Under the pieces are notes generated by a model. It was not told the origin of the DNA. It was given only the letters and a program-made list of their open reading frames with translations, and did no database searches. Made by a program: the position numbers and the translations under genes. A stretch of 35,637 bases of DNA from positions 33,404 to 69,040 of the forward strand of contig JAYENL010000248.1 of assembly GCA_034722055.1 (NCBI GenBank). The letters are read 5' to 3'. This document shows positions 1 to 8,494 of the stretch, one piece after another. Source of the DNA: Armatimonadota bacterium (GTDB lineage Bacteria > Armatimonadota > Zipacnadia > Zipacnadales > UBA5352). Numbering within the stretch: the first letter of the stretch is position 1; each line of letters begins with the position of its first letter.

Positions 1-1476
1 ACACAGGTCGAGGTCCTTCCCACGTCAAGTCGCGTCATCTTCGACGAGGCTCACAACCTGGAGTCGGTGGCCACCGATCAGCTCGGCTACGAGGTCTCGA
101 ACTTCAGCTTCTCGGAGCTGCGGCGGACCCTGGGGGGCGATGGCCGCCGGCGCGGGCTGCTCGACAACCTGGCAGCGTGGGCCTCCGAGGCACATCCGGG
201 CATCGCCGAGCAGGTGGCCGAGCCGCGCCGCCGTCTGACCGCCGCGGTGGAGAGCCTCAACGACTGTGCCGAGGAGATGCAGGCGGCGGTCATCGACCTG
301 TGCGTGGCACTGGACCCCGAGGCCGGGGCGGGCAGGGCCAGGGTGCGCCTGGGCGCTGAGGTCTACGCCGCGGCGGAGTGGCAGAGCGTCGGCGAGGCGG
401 TGGCCCGGCTGCAGGACGTGCTCTCCGACGCCGAGGACGCCCTGGGGGAGATCGCGGAGACGCTGGCGGAGGGCTCCGAGCGGGGGACGCCGGAGAGCGA
501 CCTGTCACTGGAGGCCGCGGGCGCGCGGGTGGCAGTGGGCGAGCTGAACGCGGCCGTCGGCACGGTCATGGACGACGACCCCGGCGCCGGACACGTGCTG
601 TGGGCGGAGACGGTGCAGCGGCGGTGGGGGGAGCTGTGGCGGCTGGCCGCGGCGCCCATCGACGTCGGCCCGGCGCTGCAGAAGGCCGTGTACTCGAAGC
701 GTGAGGCCGTCGTCATGACCTCCGCGACGCTCACGGTGGAGCAGCGCTTCGACTACATGCGCCAGCGGCTGGGGCTGGATGACGAGGCGGCGCCGGTGCG
801 CGAGAGGATGGTCGCCTCGCCGTTCTCCTACCCGGACCAGCTTCTGATGTGTGTGCCCACGGACATCCCCACCCGGGGCGAGGAGGGCCGCCGCGAGGCC
901 CTGGAGCGCGCTCTGCTTGACATCGTCGAGGTGGCTGGGGGCGGGGTCCTGCTGCTGTTCACCTCCCGGCGGCAGATGGAGCGCGTCTTCGAGCAGACCC
1001 GGGAGCGGATGGCGCAGATGGGCGTCTCACCCATCTGCCAGTACTGGTCCGGGCCGCGGTCCTGGCTGCTGGCACAGCTCCGCGAGCGTGACAACACCGT
1101 CCTCTTCGGCCTGAAGAGCTTCTGGGAGGGCGTGGACGTGCCGGGACAGGCGCTGCGCTGCGTGGTGATCACCAAGCTCCCCTTCGCGGTGCCCACCGAT
1201 CCCATCGTCCAGGCGCGCTGCGAGCTGGCCGCCAGCCGCGGGCGCGACGGGGGACACGACTACTACATCCCGGAGGCCATCCTGGGCTTCAAGCAGGGCA
1301 TCGGCCGGCTGGTGCGCGCCACCACCGACCAGGGCGTGGTCTTCGTGCTCGACAACCGGCTGCTCACCCGCCGCTACGGGCGCAGGTTCTTCGCCTCCGT
1401 CCCGGAGGGCCGGGTGCAGGTGGACGACTTCCACGAGTGCCTGCGGGAGGCCGAGCGCTGGCTGCGGTGGGCGTAA
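1..1476 (+). CDS. dinG: DinG/XPD-family SF2 helicase, C-terminal part (5' end lies before the window)
   Basis: Frame 1 is open from base 1: ...VIFDEAHNLE (motif II), TSATL (III), LLLFTS (IV), SFWEGVDVPG (V), KLPFAVPTDP, FKQGIGRLVR (VI). Stop TAA at 1474-1476. Confidence 0.92.
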   Translation, partial: TQVEVLPTSSRVIFDEAHNLESVATDQLGYEVSNFSFSELRRTLGGDGRRRGLLDNLAAWASEAHPGIAEQVAEPRRRLTAAVESLNDCAEEMQAAVIDLCVALDPEAGAGRARVRLGAEVYAAAEWQSVGEAVARLQDVLSDAEDALGEIAETLAEGSERGTPESDLSLEAAGARVAVGELNAAVGTVMDDDPGAGHVLWAETVQRRWGELWRLAAAPIDVGPALQKAVYSKREAVVMTSATLTVEQRFDYMRQRLGLDDEAAPVRERMVASPFSYPDQLLMCVPTDIPTRGEEGRREALERALLDIVEVAGGGVLLLFTSRRQMERVFEQTRERMAQMGVSPICQYWSGPRSWLLAQLRERDNTVLFGLKSFWEGVDVPGQALRCVVITKLPFAVPTDPIVQARCELAASRGRDGGHDYYIPEAILGFKQGIGRLVRATTDQGVVFVLDNRLLTRRYGRRFFASVPEGRVQVDDFHECLREAERWLRWA

Positions 1477-1480
1477 CGCC

Positions 1481-1680
1481 AGGTAACGCCAGATAACGGC
1501 AGACAAAGGCAGGTAACGTCAGATAACGGCAGACAAAGGCAGATAACGTCAGATAACGGCAGATAAAGGCAGACAACGTCAGGTAACGTCAGATAACGGC
1601 AGACGCAGGCAGACAAAGGCAGATAACGTCAGATAACGACAGACAAAGGCAGACAACGGCAGACCACGGCAGAGACGGGC
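1481..1680. repeat. 10-bp tandem repeat, 20 units, consensus AGAYAAMGKC
   Basis: Units read in exact register with no indels: aggtaacgcc agataacggc agacaaaggc aggtaacgtc agataacggc agacaaaggc ... agagacgggc. Confidence 0.95.
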
Positions 1681-1704
1681 AGCGACGACGTTCACAGGCC
1701 TGCA

Positions 1705-1753
1705 GCGGGCCGACTTCGCGCGCTCCTGAGGAGCGCCCTCAGGCGGCCCCTCC
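1705..1753. repeat. Right half of the ~100-110 bp TIR-bounded element family (ends CCTCAGGCGGCCCCTCC)
   Basis: GCGGGCCGACTTCGCGCGCTCCTG..AGCGCCCTCAGGCGGCCCCTCC is near-identical to the right part of the copy at 22402-22513 and similar to the end of 9153-9252. Confidence 0.85.
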
Positions 1754-1798
1754 ACGGCCAACAGCCCTCCGCAACTTGTGGGTAAAGGTAAGGCCGTA

Positions 1799-2274
1799 TG
1801 GAGGGGCCGGACCACTGTCCGGCCCGCCGTTCATGCCGTTGAGACCGGAGGTCTCCGTGAGACCTCTGGTCTCCGCGGGCTGCCTAGCCCGCCCGGTCGT
1901 TGCCGCCGTTCGTGGCAGCTGGTAGGTCGTTGCTGGCGACGGCAAACGGCGTGAGACCGAAGGTCTCCGTGAGATGCGAAGCATAGGAGACCTTCGGTCT
2001 CACGGAAGACCCGTCCCTCCGAACGGCCCGCCGTTCCCCCGGAGGCCTTCGGTCTCATGGAGATGCTTTGCATCTCAAGGGGGTGGCGGCCGCGGAGCGG
2101 TCGCCGGGGGAGGCTGCCGTTCCCGCCCGGTCGTAGGTTGTTGCTGGTCGCTGATGACTGGTTGCCGGCTGCTGATTTGGAGGGGCCGGACCACTGTCCG
2201 GCCCGACGTTCATGCCGTTGAGACCGGAGGTCTCCGTGAGACCTCTGGTCTCCGCGGGCTGCCCAGCCCGCCCG
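1799..2274. repeat. 97-bp direct repeat (1799-1895 and 2178-2274) flanking a cluster of GAGACC-N3-GGTCTC hairpins; BIME/REPIN-like mosaic
   Basis: The two copies differ at 2 positions. GAGACC/GGTCTC hexamers occur about 13 times. A GAGATGC-TTT-GCATCTC hairpin at 2060-2076 recurs at 32166-32182. Confidence 0.9.
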
Positions 2275-2330
2275 CCGTTGAGGCCATCTGTCTGGAGAGG
2301 CGGGTACATGCCCCGGCCCACCGTTGAGGC

Positions 2331-2410
2331 CGTCGTCGCCCCACTTCCAGCCTGGGGTCCGTGGCGCAGGCTTGCAGCCTGCGATTCGTGGCACGTGCCT
2401 CCAGCCTGCG
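2331..2410 (+). repeat. Three degenerate tandem REP-like units (GTGG-CGCAGGCT-TGC-AGCCTGCG)
   Basis: A GTGG tetranucleotide followed by an 8-bp hairpin at 2361-2383, degenerate neighbours at about 27-nt spacing, and a related copy at 7593-7614. Confidence 0.65.
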
Positions 2411-2423
2411 GTAGTTGATGCAA

Positions 2424-2852
2424 ATGTCAGAGGTCACGTGGAGCGACGACAACTGGTGCGTGGCCTGCGGGGAGGACAACCCCCGCGGCCTGCACCTGCA
2501 GTTCCGCCATGAGGGCGACGACTACGTCTGCGATTTCACCCCCGAGCGCTTCCACCAGGGGTGGAAGGGCATCGTCCACGGCGGCATCCTCGCCACGCTG
2601 CTGGACGAGGCCATGAATCACATGCTCAGCCACAACGGCGAGCCGGTGGCCACCGCCGAGCTGACCGTGCGCTATCGGCGGCCCGTGAAGGTGGGCGAGC
2701 CCCTGCAGGTGCGAGCCCGGCTGGTGCGCTCGCGGCCGCCGCTGTATGTCGCTGAGGCGAAGATAGTGGACGCTGCGGGCCAGGTCGTCGCTGAGGCCGG
2801 CGCCAAGCTGATGCGTGTCGAGGCCGCGGTCGCCGACCGCGGGGAGGAGTAG
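2424..2852 (+). CDS. PaaI-family hot-dog-fold thioesterase
   Basis: CVACGEDNPRGL, HQGWKGIVHGGILATLLDEAM, TAELTVRYRRPV. Start is ATG 2424 or 2418. Confidence 0.9.
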   Translation: MSEVTWSDDNWCVACGEDNPRGLHLQFRHEGDDYVCDFTPERFHQGWKGIVHGGILATLLDEAMNHMLSHNGEPVATAELTVRYRRPVKVGEPLQVRARLVRSRPPLYVAEAKIVDAAGQVVAEAGAKLMRVEAAVADRGEE

Positions 2853-2859
2853 CCCCATC

Positions 2860-4608
2860 GTGATCGTGGACAGCACCTGCCTGGCCGGACTGGTGGCGGA
2901 GGCTCGGGAGTACGCCTCGGGCCTCGTCATCCGGCGCATCGTCCAGCCGCGCCACCATCTGGTGGCCCTGGAGCTGGGCCGGGCGGGGCCGTGGGCGTGC
3001 CTGGTGATCGACTGGTCGGCGGAGTTCGGCCGGCTGCACCTGGCGCGGGAGATGCCGCAGCCGGGCCTGCAGGACCAGCGCTTCGGCAGCACGCTGCGCC
3101 GCCAGCTCCGCGGCGCGCGCATCGAGGCCATCCGGCAGGTGGACTTCGATCGCCTGGTCCGCGTGGAGGTGTCCAACTGCGAGCAGCTCGGGCCCCAGTC
3201 GCGACGGACGCTGGTGGCGGAGCTCATGGGCCGGCACAGCAACCTGGTGCTTATCGACGAGGACGAGCGCATCGTGGAGGCCGGGAAGCACGTCACCGAG
3301 CGCGTGAACCGCTACCGCCAGACGCTCCCCGGCCTGGCCTACGTGCCGCCGCCGGAGTTCGGTCGCGTCCCGCCTTGGGAGGCGGATCCCGAGGAGATGG
3401 CTGAGAGCGCCCGGGCGGTGGCCGACCAGCCGCTGGGCAGGTGGCTGCGCTCCACCTTCCACGGCGGCAGCGACCTCTTCCTCCGAGAGGTCTGCGCCCG
3501 GGCGGGGCTGGACCCGGAGTCGGCGCTGCGCGATCTGCCCGACGGCTGGTCCGAGACAGTGGCGGAGCAGCTTCACGCCATCCCCGAGCGGGCCGCCGCT
3601 CCCGGCGGGGCCTGGATCTACTTCGACGAGAGCGGAGAGCACGGCGAGTTCGCCTACCCCATCGAGCTGCGGCACCTCCCCGGGCGACGCCACGAGCCCG
3701 TGGAGTCGCTGAGCGCGGCAGTGGAGGACCTGCAGTCGCAGATCGCCGGCCGCCAGCGCATCCGGCAGCTTCGCGAGCGGCTGCTGGCGGCGGTCCGGGA
3801 CGCCGAATCCAAGGTGGGGCGAACCCTCGAGAGACGCAGGGAAGCCGTCGAGCGGGCCAAGGAGGCACAGCTCCATCGCGAGCGGGGGGAGCTGCTGATG
3901 ACCTACCAGCACCGGGTGCCCGAGGGAGCTGAGGAGGTCGCGCTGCCCAGATTCGACGGCGAGGGTGAGCTGACGATCCCGCTGGACCCGGGTCGGACGC
4001 CGGTGGAGAACGCCCAGGCCTACTTCCGGCGCTACAAGAAGGCCGAGCGGCTGACGGAGGTAGCCCCCAAGCTGCTGGCGGCGGCCCGCCATGAGCTGAG
4101 GTATCTGCGCCAGGTGCACACGCAGATCGAGGTGGCGGAGGAGCTGGCGGACCTGGAACTGATCGAGGAGGAGCTCATCGAGGAGGACTACCTGGCGCCG
4201 CGGAAGGGTGAGCGCGCCCGCCCCGAGCAGCGGCGGCGCGGGCCGCGCACGACGCGAACCTCGGACGGGATACCGCTGCTCTACGGCAAGAGCGGAATGG
4301 AGAACGACGAGGTGCTGTGTGCCGCGAACCCCGATGACCTGTGGTTTCACGTCAAGGATGCGGCTGGCCCCCACGTGGTGCTGCGCAGCGACTCCCGGCC
4401 TGAGGAGCTGCCCCAGTCAAGCGTTGAGGAGGCGGCCAGGCTGGCGGCGGCCCTCAGCAGCCGCCGCCGTGACAGCAAGGTGGAGGTGGACTGCACGCTG
4501 GCCAAGAACGTGAACAAGCCGCGCGGAGGGCGCCCCGGGCTGGCCTACTACCACGCCGACCGCACGCTGGTCGTCGATCTCAGGTCCGGTCGAACGCCAC
4601 GTCGATGA
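2860..4608 (+). CDS. rqcH: Ribosome quality-control factor RqcH / Rqc2 (NFACT, FbpA-like)
   Basis: QVDFDRLV, AELMGRHSNLVL, coiled-coil region, ENAQAYFRRYKK, NFACT-R GKSGMENDEV...DLWFHVKDAAGPHVVL. SD GGAGGAG (2843-2849) precedes GTG 2860. Confidence 0.9.
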   Translation: MIVDSTCLAGLVAEAREYASGLVIRRIVQPRHHLVALELGRAGPWACLVIDWSAEFGRLHLAREMPQPGLQDQRFGSTLRRQLRGARIEAIRQVDFDRLVRVEVSNCEQLGPQSRRTLVAELMGRHSNLVLIDEDERIVEAGKHVTERVNRYRQTLPGLAYVPPPEFGRVPPWEADPEEMAESARAVADQPLGRWLRSTFHGGSDLFLREVCARAGLDPESALRDLPDGWSETVAEQLHAIPERAAAPGGAWIYFDESGEHGEFAYPIELRHLPGRRHEPVESLSAAVEDLQSQIAGRQRIRQLRERLLAAVRDAESKVGRTLERRREAVERAKEAQLHRERGELLMTYQHRVPEGAEEVALPRFDGEGELTIPLDPGRTPVENAQAYFRRYKKAERLTEVAPKLLAAARHELRYLRQVHTQIEVAEELADLELIEEELIEEDYLAPRKGERARPEQRRRGPRTTRTSDGIPLLYGKSGMENDEVLCAANPDDLWFHVKDAAGPHVVLRSDSRPEELPQSSVEEAARLAAALSSRRRDSKVEVDCTLAKNVNKPRGGRPGLAYYHADRTLVVDLRSGRTPRR

Positions 4609-4828
4609 CGACGTCGTTGATGTCGGACATCATCAGGAAGGTCTCCTCCAGCTTGTCGAAGACCTTCCTCAGGTCCTCCGGAGCGCTGGGGGTGCGCATG
4701 GGGCTGACGCGCCCGTCGATGTAGACCACCGAGTTGATCACCCTCACCCTCATCAGCGACGTGTCCATGTCGTACTTGGAGATCTCCCGCATTATCCGCA
4801 GCCTGGCTTGCTTGTCCTCGAGCGGCAT
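4580..4828 (-). CDS. Small hypothetical protein (82 aa) with a BON-domain-like helix/strand pattern
   Basis: SD GAGGTG before ATG 4828, GC-rich third codon positions, sequence ED....RIMREISK...RVRVINSVVYIDGRV resembling a BON domain. Upstream TATACT box at 4881-4886 (minus strand). Confidence 0.65.
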   Translation of the reverse strand: MPLEDKQARLRIMREISKYDMDTSLMRVRVINSVVYIDGRVSPMRTPSAPEDLRKVFDKLEETFLMMSDINDVVIDVAFDRT

Positions 4829-4880
4829 CCGACTCACCTCTCTGGATTACCGCATGGGTCGAACAGGGCCACTTACATTA

Positions 4881-4908
4881 AGTATACCCCTTGCGCAACT
4901 GAGCGCAA
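4881..4908 (-). promoter_or_regulatory. Putative sigma70-type promoter for the small BON-like gene
   Basis: Minus strand TTGCGC-N16-TATACT in an AT-richer intergenic gap. Confidence 0.45.
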
Positions 4909-4910
4909 CG

Positions 4911-5648
4911 TCACACGCCCAGCCACAGCCGTGCGTACATAGCCTCCGGCAGGCCCGCCTCTCTCATCTGCTGCGCCGCCGTGGCGATGTCGTAGGCCAC
5001 GCGCTTGATTACCACGTCGCCGGTCTCGTCGTCGAAGATGGCGTAGCTGGCCATCTCGTTCCCATCCCGGGGCTGGCCGACGGCGCCGGGATTGATGAGG
5101 TAGACGTGATCGTTGCGGATGTGCAGGCTTCCTCCTGACGGGATGGGGAACTCCTCGGGCAGCTCGTTGCCTTGGCCCCAGACGAACCACTCCGAGTAGT
5201 GCGTATGCCCGAAGAATGCGATGGGCGTCTCCATGGCCCGGAGGCTCATCAGGGCGTCCAGAGGCGTGACGGTGTAGTGGTCGGGATCGGGGACGGAGCC
5301 GTGGCAGATGGTGATGTCGTCGTCCACAACACGCAGCGTGGGTAGAGCGCGGAGAAACTCCATGTTGTCCTCGCGGAGCTGCTCGGTGGTCCACAGGATG
5401 CACGCCCGCGCCGGGGCCGTGAACCATTCCGCCTTGGCCGGGTCCACCGCCGCCTCGTCGTGGTTGCCCCGGATAGACACGGCGTCGAGCTCCCGGATCA
5501 GATCGCAGCACTGATTCGGCCGGGCGCCGTACCCCACGATGTCCCCGAGGCACAGGTAGCGGTCAATGGCCTCCTCGGCGAGATCCGCGAGGACGGCCTC
5601 CAGGGCGACGAGGTTACTGTGGATGTCCGACAGCACCGCGTACCGCAC
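4911..5648 (-). CDS. Calcineurin-like metallophosphoesterase (YfcE/MJ0936-type)
   Basis: SDIHSN, GDIVGYG, GNHD, HG, GHTH, NPGAVGQPRD motifs. SD GGAGG precedes GTG 5648. Confidence 0.9.
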   Translation of the reverse strand: MRYAVLSDIHSNLVALEAVLADLAEEAIDRYLCLGDIVGYGARPNQCCDLIRELDAVSIRGNHDEAAVDPAKAEWFTAPARACILWTTEQLREDNMEFLRALPTLRVVDDDITICHGSVPDPDHYTVTPLDALMSLRAMETPIAFFGHTHYSEWFVWGQGNELPEEFPIPSGGSLHIRNDHVYLINPGAVGQPRDGNEMASYAIFDDETGDVVIKRVAYDIATAAQQMREAGLPEAMYARLWLGV

Positions 5649-7470
5649 CCGTATCCTCCCTCCCATTGTCCTTACGGTTCTTCGCTTTCCAGTCCACTTG
5701 CTCCTTTCCTTCAACAAGATTTAACCGTAGCATGATGTAACAGGCACGCAGGTCCGTGCCGAATACCTCAGGATCCGGCTCCAGGCGCTGGTTGATGAGA
5801 GCCACCGCGGCCTCTCCCAGCCCGCCATGCTCCCGCCAGGCTCCCTGCACCTCCGCGGGCTCAGCCCTCGCCCGCCGGGCCGTGATGCGCGTTAGCGCCT
5901 CGCGGAGCGCGGGGTCCGCCTGCAGGCCCACGGCGGTCAGCGCCAGCCGCGTGGTATCCACGGCACACCGCCACTGCTCTGATGCTGCGGCCTCCGCCCG
6001 GGCGTCGAGGTCATCGAGTCGCTCGTCCAGGCCCGTCACCTGCGCCTGCCGCACGAGGAAGCGGCTGAAGACTAGCTTCCCCAGCGGGTCACGCTCGCCG
6101 GCGGCCGCCAGCTCCAGCAGGATGGGCGCCACCATCCGCGCCGCGTCGTGGTAGGCGCCGGCCAGCCGCCCCGCCTCCTCCACCACGCTCGCCGCATGCG
6201 CGGTCGGGTCCGCTCCCACTGTCACAGTCTCGTCGGCGGCGCCTGCCAGCGTTGCGTCGTCCTCGGCGGCGACGGCCATGACCGCCAGCTCGGAGGCCGT
6301 GCGGCGGGCGCGCCGCAGCGTGGTTTCGCGCATGTTGAGCGTCCTGGCGACCAGGTTCCCGCCCCGCATGGCGCGCAGCATGAGGTCGGCGGCCTGTGCC
6401 AGCAGCGCCAGATACTTCACGTCGCGGACCTCCGGGTCGAGCGCCTGCGCCACCATCAGCGCCCGGTTGACGTCAGCGTCGCGGTGCATGGCCTTCAGGC
6501 GGCGCCAGGCGCGGGAGCGGGCCTCCTCCGATGCCTCGCGCGCCCGCGCCAGGGCGTCCGCGGCGGCCTGAAGCTCCTGGCGCGCCTGCGGAGCAAGTCC
6601 CACCGTGCGTGAAGGGCCAGCACGACCGTCCGGCGCTGGCGGCCGCAGGTGCATCAGCAGCTCGCGCCGCTGCTCCTCCGCGCCGGGGAGGGGCTCCTGC
6701 AGGAACCTTGCGGCGGCCGCCAGCCGGCCACGTGCGGCCAGGGACCTCGCGATCGCCACGGCGCCTTGGGGATCATCGGCCCGCAGCTCCGCCACGTGTG
6801 TCTCGACACGCTCGGCTCGCTTCGCAGGGTGGGGGTGGGTGGCGAAGACCGTCTGCAGGTAGGACCAGGCTGCCTGGTGGCCGAGGAAGCTGGTCATGGC
6901 GCGGGCGTCGTAGCCGGCCCGCCAGGCGATGGTGGCGGCCACGTGGTCGGCCTGCGCCTCCTGCCTGCGGCTGTGACGGAGGGTGTTGACGAGCTGGACG
7001 GCCTGCAGCAGCGGGACCCAGTCACCCCGGTCGTTGCTGCGCAGCAGCTCGGCGAGGCCGTAGAAGAGCGCGGCCCGCTTGACGTGGCGCTGGAAGTCGC
7101 GGTCCACCAGGTGCGCCAGCTCGTGGCCGAGGACCGCCGCCAGCTCATCCTCGGACTGCAGGCTCTCGAGCAGCCCGGCGGTGACGAACACCCAGCCGCC
7201 GGGCAGCGCGAACCCATTGGCCTCGGGGCTGTCGAGGACGATGAAGCGATAGTGCAGGTCGCGGCGAGGGCAGTACTCCAGCAGGTCCTCGCCGACGGTG
7301 GCGACCCACTCGTCAATGATCGGCTGGCTCATCCGCCCGCGCTGGGCGATGAAGGCCTCGGCCATGACGCGGCCGATGCCCTCCTCCAGGTCGCCGACCG
7401 CAGGGAGCGTGCAGGCGAGCAGAATGACCGCCACGGTCATCCACCGACGCACCAACCGGATCAGGCCCAT
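5614..7470 (-). CDS. Exported M48-family zinc metalloprotease with a long helical C-terminal extension
   Basis: N-terminal signal-like segment, NGFALPGGWVFVT, ELAAVLGHELAH (HExxH), SRRQEAQAD, FATHP. The start at ATG 7470 is inferred. Confidence 0.85.
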   Translation of the reverse strand: MGLIRLVRRWMTVAVILLACTLPAVGDLEEGIGRVMAEAFIAQRGRMSQPIIDEWVATVGEDLLEYCPRRDLHYRFIVLDSPEANGFALPGGWVFVTAGLLESLQSEDELAAVLGHELAHLVDRDFQRHVKRAALFYGLAELLRSNDRGDWVPLLQAVQLVNTLRHSRRQEAQADHVAATIAWRAGYDARAMTSFLGHQAAWSYLQTVFATHPHPAKRAERVETHVAELRADDPQGAVAIARSLAARGRLAAAARFLQEPLPGAEEQRRELLMHLRPPAPDGRAGPSRTVGLAPQARQELQAAADALARAREASEEARSRAWRRLKAMHRDADVNRALMVAQALDPEVRDVKYLALLAQAADLMLRAMRGGNLVARTLNMRETTLRRARRTASELAVMAVAAEDDATLAGAADETVTVGADPTAHAASVVEEAGRLAGAYHDAARMVAPILLELAAAGERDPLGKLVFSRFLVRQAQVTGLDERLDDLDARAEAAASEQWRCAVDTTRLALTAVGLQADPALREALTRITARRARAEPAEVQGAWREHGGLGEAAVALINQRLEPDPEVFGTDLRACYIMLRLNLVEGKEQVDWKAKNRKDNGREDTGAVRGAVGHPQ

Positions 7471-7550
7471 GGTCGGTGAAGTATAGCGTACGCGTTCGGC
7501 GAAGGCTACGCCGGGCGCCGCGAGGGTGCGAATTCCAAGTGTCGTAGAAC

Positions 7551-7793
7551 GCGCGGGCGAGGCCGCCCGCGCCCCGGCAGCCGCAGAGATAGGTGGAGCA
7601 GGCTTCCAGCCTGCCATCGCCCGGAGGCGCTGCCGCGCCTGTCCCGCCAGCCACAGCCGGGCGCGCGCCCCGGTACGAACCGCTATCTCGCTCTGGGAAG
7701 CCGGCGCCCTCGCCGGCTTGTGGCGCGAAGCGCCACTCGACCCTTGAGCCACCTCGGTCAGGAAAGGCGCGCGGGCGAGGGCGCCCGCGCGCC
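7551..7793. repeat. Cluster of REP-like hairpins (GGCG-AGGG-CGCC core at 7551-7572, 7698-7719 inverted, 7766-7793; GTGG-AGCAGGCTTCCAGCCTGC at 7593-7614)
   Basis: Perfect stems of 9, 9 and 12 bp with near-identical 4-nt loops. The 7698 and 7766 copies form an inverted doublet. Confidence 0.8.
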
Positions 7794-7936
7794 AGTACCT
7801 ACCTGGGTTGCGGGCGCCCCACCTGCGACCGACAATCTGAGGCCGCACCCCACCGCGACGGCGGGAGCCGGACGGCACCCCGCCAGTACGTTGAACTCCG
7901 GCGGCCAGGCGGTTACACAGAGAGTGGAGGGTCGCG

Positions 7937-8494
7937 ATGTCGCGCCTTGAGCAGATACGCGAGCAAGGGGACGTTGTCCGCGCGCAGCTTGGCGACGACG
8001 AGGCATTCATGCGCCTGGCCGAGCGCTATCACAGCAGGCTGCTGCACTACGTGCGGCGACTCGCGGGCGATCGCGCCACCGCCGATGACGTGGTGCAGGA
8101 GGCGTGGCTGGCGGCGTATCGGGGTCTGCGGCGGCTCGAGGAGCCCGCGCGGCTGAAGGCGTGGCTGTATGGGATCGCGCGGAACAAGGCCCTCAATGCG
8201 CTGCGCCGAGAGGAGCGCTCGCGCCTCGACTATGTGTCCAGCAATGTGCTGGAGGACGTGCCGGAGGACGATGACGATGCGCTGGAGATTCGCGCAGAAC
8301 AGGCCGCGCAGGTGCACCGCGGCCTCGACGAGATCAGCCCCGCGCACGCTGAGGCGCTGATCCTGCGATACATGGAGGGCCTACCATACGAGGAGATCGC
8401 GCAGGTTGTCGGCTGCAGCGTAGGCACGGTGCGCTCCCGGCTGCAGTACGCGAAACGCGCGCTGCGAGAGGCTATGGAGAGTGAGGAGCGATGA
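7937..8494 (+). CDS. ECF (group 4 sigma70) RNA polymerase sigma factor
   Basis: Region 2 ADDVVQEAWLAAYR...LKAWLYGIARNKALN and region 4 LRYMEGLPYEEIAQVVGCSVGTVRSRL. SD GGAGG. Confidence 0.95.
   Translation: MSRLEQIREQGDVVRAQLGDDEAFMRLAERYHSRLLHYVRRLAGDRATADDVVQEAWLAAYRGLRRLEEPARLKAWLYGIARNKALNALRREERSRLDYVSSNVLEDVPEDDDDALEIRAEQAAQVHRGLDEISPAHAEALILRYMEGLPYEEIAQVVGCSVGTVRSRLQYAKRALREAMESEER

Noticed and set aside
1364..1616. Repetitive ORFs (SAFVCRYLTL)n on the minus strand
   Set aside because: They are translations of the 10-bp satellite, have no SD, and overlap dinG antisense.
1841..2252. Dense BsaI sites as a cloning artefact
   Set aside because: The sites are arms of natural hairpins with degenerate variants, a sister hairpin occurs 30 kb away, and no vector sequence is evident.
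1481..2274. Possible CRISPR array next to DinG (type IV-like)
   Set aside because: There is no constant repeat with unique spacers and no cas genes. The DinG looks like the housekeeping type.
2626..4374. 582-aa minus-strand ORF
   Set aside because: It is an antisense shadow of rqcH in high-GC DNA with no recognisable motifs.
7892..7916. ECF autoregulatory promoter TGAACT...GGTTAC
   Set aside because: The AAC-to-GTT spacing (15 nt) is short and there is no second example in the window, so it cannot be supported.
7471..8010. 180-aa N-terminal extension of the M48 ORF
   Set aside because: It runs through intergenic REP hairpins and the ECF gene, and the signal peptide begins at 7470.
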